From NCBI GenBank assembly GCA_009914755.4, contig CP086569.2:21120001-21184000 (forward strand): a DNA stretch of 64,000 nt, given 5' to 3'. Positions within the stretch are counted from its first letter, which is position 1; each line of letters opens with the position of its first letter. This DNA comes from the human T2T-CHM13v2.0 reference genome, Homo sapiens. Made by a program: the position numbers and the translations under genes. The notes below the pieces were generated by a model that saw only the letters and a program-made list of their open reading frames with translations, was not told the DNA's origin and did no database searches. Below, piece by piece: positions 61,601 to 64,000 of this stretch.

Positions 61601-64000
61601 ACTTCAAGAATGAAGCTGCAGACCTTACTGGTGAGTGTTACAGCACTTAAAGCTGTAATGTACAGAGTTTGATCCTTCAGATGTTGCCAGAGTTTCTTCC
61701 TTCTAGCAGGTTCGTGGTCTTGGTCACTTCTTTAATGAAGCTGCAGACCTTACTGGTGAGTGCTACAGCACTTAAAGGTGTTATGTCCAGAGTTTGTTTC
61801 TTCAGATGTGTCCAGAGTTTCTTCCTTCTGGCAGTTTCGTGGTCTTCCTCACTTCAACAATGAAGCTGCAGACCTTACTGGTGAGTGTTACAGCACTTAA
61901 ACGTGTTATGTCCAGAGTTTTTTCCTTCAGATGTGTCTAGAGTGTCTTCTTTCTGGAAGGTTCATGGTCTTGCTCACTTCACTAGTGAAGCTGCAGACCT
62001 TACTGGGGAGTTTTACAGCACTTAAAGGTGTTTTGTCCAGAGTTTGTTTCTTCAGATGTGTCCAGAGTTTCTTCCTTCTAGCAGGTTCATTGTCTTGCTC
62101 ATTTCAAGAATTAACCTGCAGACCTTAGTGGTGAGTGTTACAGCACGTAAAGGTGTTATGTCCAGAGTTTGTTCCTTCAGATGTGTCCAGAGTTTCTTCC
62201 TTCTGGCAGGATCATGGTGTTGCTCACTTCAAGAATGAAGCTGCAGACCTTACTGGTGAGTGTTACAGCATTTAAAGCTGTTATGTCCAGAGTTTGTTCC
62301 TTCACATGTTTCCAGAGTTTCTTCCTTCTGGCAGGTTCGTGGTCTTGCTCACTCCTTTAATGAAGCTGCAGACCTTACTGGTGAGTGTTACAGCACTTAA
62401 AGGTGTTATGTCCAGAGTTTGTTCCTTCAGATGTGTCCAGAGTTTCTTCCTTCTTGCAGGTTGGTGGTCTTGCTCACTTCCTTAATGAAGCTGCAGACCT
62501 TACTGGTGAATGTTACAGCACTTAAAGGTGTTATGTCCAGAGATTGTTCCTTCAGATGTGTCCTGACTGTCTTCCTTCTGGCAGGTTCATGGTCTTGCTC
62601 ACTTCACTAATGAAGCTGCAGACGTTACTGGTGAGTGTTACAGCACTTAAAGGTGTTATGTCCAGAGTTTCTTCCTTCAGATGTGTCCAGGGTTTCTGTC
62701 TTCTGGCAGGTACATGGTCTTGCTCACTTCAAGAATGAAGCTGCCGAACTTAGTGGTGAGTGTTACAGCACTTAAAGGTGTTATGTCCAGAGTTTTTTCC
62801 TTCAGATGTGTCCAGCGTTTCTTCCTTCTGGCAGTTTCATGGTCTTGCTCACTTCAAGAATGAAGCTGCAGACCTTACTGTTGAGTGTTAAAGCACTTAA
62901 AGGTGTTATGTCCAGAGTTTGTTCCTTCAGATGTGTCCAGAGTTTCTTCCTTCTGGCAGGTTCATGGTGTTGCTCACTTCAAGAATGAAGCTGCAGACCT
63001 TAGTGTTGAGTGTTACAGCACTTAAAGGTGTTTTGCCCAGAGACTGTTCCTTCAGATGTGTCCAGAGTTTCTTCCTTCTAGCAGGTTCATTGTCTTGCTC
63101 ATTTCAAGAATGAAGCTGCAGACCTTAGTGGTGAGTGTTACAACAGTTAAAGGTGTTATGTCCAGAGTTTTTTCCTTCAGAAGTGTCCAGAGTGTCTTCC
63201 TTCTGGCAGGTTCATGGTCTTGCTCACTTAACTAATGAAGCTGCAGACCTTACTGGTGAGTGTTACAGCTCTTAAAGTTGTTATGTCCAGAGTTTGTTCC
63301 TTCAGATGTGTCCAGAGTTTCTGTCTTCTGGCAGGTTCATGGTGTTGCTCACTTCAAGAGTGAAGCTGTAGACATTAGTGGTGAGTGTTACAGCACTTAA
63401 AGGTGTTATGTCCAGAGATTTTTCCTTCAGATGTGTCCAGCGTTTCTTCCTTCTGGCAGGTTCATGGTCTTGCTCACTTCAAGAATGAAGCTGCACACCT
63501 TACTGTTGAGTGTTAAGGCACTTAAAGGTGTTATTTCCAGAGTTTGTTCCTTCAGACGTGTCCAGGGTTTCTTCCTCCTGGCAGGTTCATGGTGTTGCTC
63601 CCTTCCAGAATGAAGCTGCAGACCTTAGTGTTGAGTGTTACAACACTTAAAGGTGTTATGTCCAGAGTTTTTTCCTTCAGATATGTCCAGCGTTTCTTCC
63701 TTCTGGCAGGTTCACGGTCTTGCACACTTCAAGAAAGAAGCTGCAGACGTTACTGTTGAGTTTTAAAGCACTTAAAGCTGTTATGTCTAGAGTTTATTCC
63801 TTCAGATGTGTCCAGAATTTCTTCCTTCTGGCAGGTTCATGGTGTTGCTCACTTCAAGAATGAAGCTGCAGACCTTAGTGTTGGGTTTTACAGCACTTAA
63901 AGGTGTTATATCCAGAGTTTGTTCCTTCAGATGTGTCCAGAGTTTCTTCCTTCTTGCAGGTTCGTGGTCTTGCTCACTTCCTTAATGAAGCTGCAGACCT

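Larger units (their letters stand above)
1..64000. repeat. Satellite DNA array: ~125-bp monomer in uniform head-to-tail orientation, ~510 copies, extending beyond both window edges
   Basis: Matching motifs (ccttcagatgtgtccagagtttcttccttctggcaggttcatggtcttgctcacttcaagaatgaagctgcagacc...) recur every 125 bp, confirmed by reading the sequence at many positions. ORF-track peptides repeat with 125-bp start spacing. No non-repeat sequence found even in ORF-track gaps (e.g. 35491-36047). Confidence 0.97.
17001..64000. repeat. Right sub-domain of the array: mixed monomer subtypes (B ccttaatg/ttcgtgg, C cactaatg, G gggtttctgtc+ctgccga, A cagcgttt+taaagc, V gtgtttcttcc+cttttgtgg+cagttaaagttg) in variable-length higher-order blocks; strict 125-bp monomer length
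   Basis: Subtype-diagnostic substitutions read directly in the sequence and as recurring peptide variants in the ORF track (SLMKLQ, GFCLLAG, PGFLSSGRYM, PAFLPSGRF...SVKALKGV, PVFLPSGRF...SVTAVKVVMSRICSF). ORF-start register is constant (45 mod 125) from 40170 to 51670 and (43 mod 125) from 52544 to 61293. Confidence 0.65.

Noticed and set aside
1-64000. Hundreds of 60-147 aa ORFs in the supplied six-frame track (MFLQMCPEFLPSGRFMVLLTSRMKLQ…-type peptides), nearly all on the + strand
   Set aside because: They start every 125 bp at the same monomer position, and many start at TTG rather than ATG. They are terminated by the monomer's own stop codons as the frame rotates (125 mod 3 = 2). They have no RBS or Kozak context and no length beyond ~1-3 monomers. 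The peptide 'similarity' between them is just monomer repetition. Not coding.
1-64000. CRISPR array (regular repeats)
   Set aside because: Units are directly abutting 125-bp satellite monomers with no repeat-spacer alternation and no unique spacers or leader. There are no cas genes. The sequence is eukaryote-like and CpG-depleted.
1-64000. Coding tandem repeat (repeat-protein / mucin-like VNTR)
   Set aside because: Period 125 is not a multiple of 3, and stops occur in all frames.
1-64000. CENP-B box (nTTCGnnnnAnnCGGGn) as a marker of centromeric function
   Set aside because: The closest stretch, ggttcgtggtcttgctcac, lacks the CGGG core. No convincing CENP-B box appears in any monomer subtype I read. 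Centromeric identity is neither supported nor excluded.
1-64000. Telomeric (TTAGGG)n or other simple-sequence tracts
   Set aside because: None seen anywhere in the window.

Overview
The whole 64-kb window is one uninterrupted head-to-tail tandem array of a ~125-bp satellite monomer, about 510 copies, truncated at both edges so the array is longer than the window. I see no bona fide protein-coding gene, RNA gene, CRISPR array or transposon insertion. The six-frame ORF track is an artefact of reading through monomers: 125 is not divisible by 3, so every frame meets a stop within roughly 1.5-3 monomers; the 'starts' are TTG codons as well as ATG, and the same peptides recur every 125 bp. Consensus monomer, one register: ggttcatggtcttgctcacttcaagaatgaagctgcagaccttagtggtgagtgttacagcacttaaaggtgttatgtccagagtttgttccttcagatgtgtccagagtttcttccttctggca. 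It is about 45% GC, has no CpG in the consensus, and carries a PstI site (ctgcag). The monomer strongly resembles, in CpG-decayed form, a segment of a primate endogenous-retrovirus LTR that I recall as LTR12/ERV9-like; this is recollection, not a database result. The array is not uniform. A left domain (about 1-17 kb) holds a higher-order organisation punctuated by a 123-bp 'T-type' monomer and an 'H-type' monomer, and its register drifts. A right domain (about 17-64 kb) is built from other monomer subtypes (B 'ccttaatg', C 'cactaatg', G 'gggtttctgtc/ctgccga', A 'cagcgttt...taaagc', V 'gtgtttcttcc...cttttgtgg') arranged in variable-length multi-monomer blocks. It keeps an exact 125-bp register over two stretches of about 11.5 kb (40.2-51.7 kb) and 8.7 kb (52.5-61.3 kb), and contains several very recent duplications: one of 2 x 750 bp that is 100% identical wherever I checked, and one of 2 x 999 bp with the copies differing at only a few positions. 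I interpret this as a eukaryotic, probably mammalian and possibly primate, heterochromatic satellite evolving by unequal crossing-over. I find no cryptic coding system.
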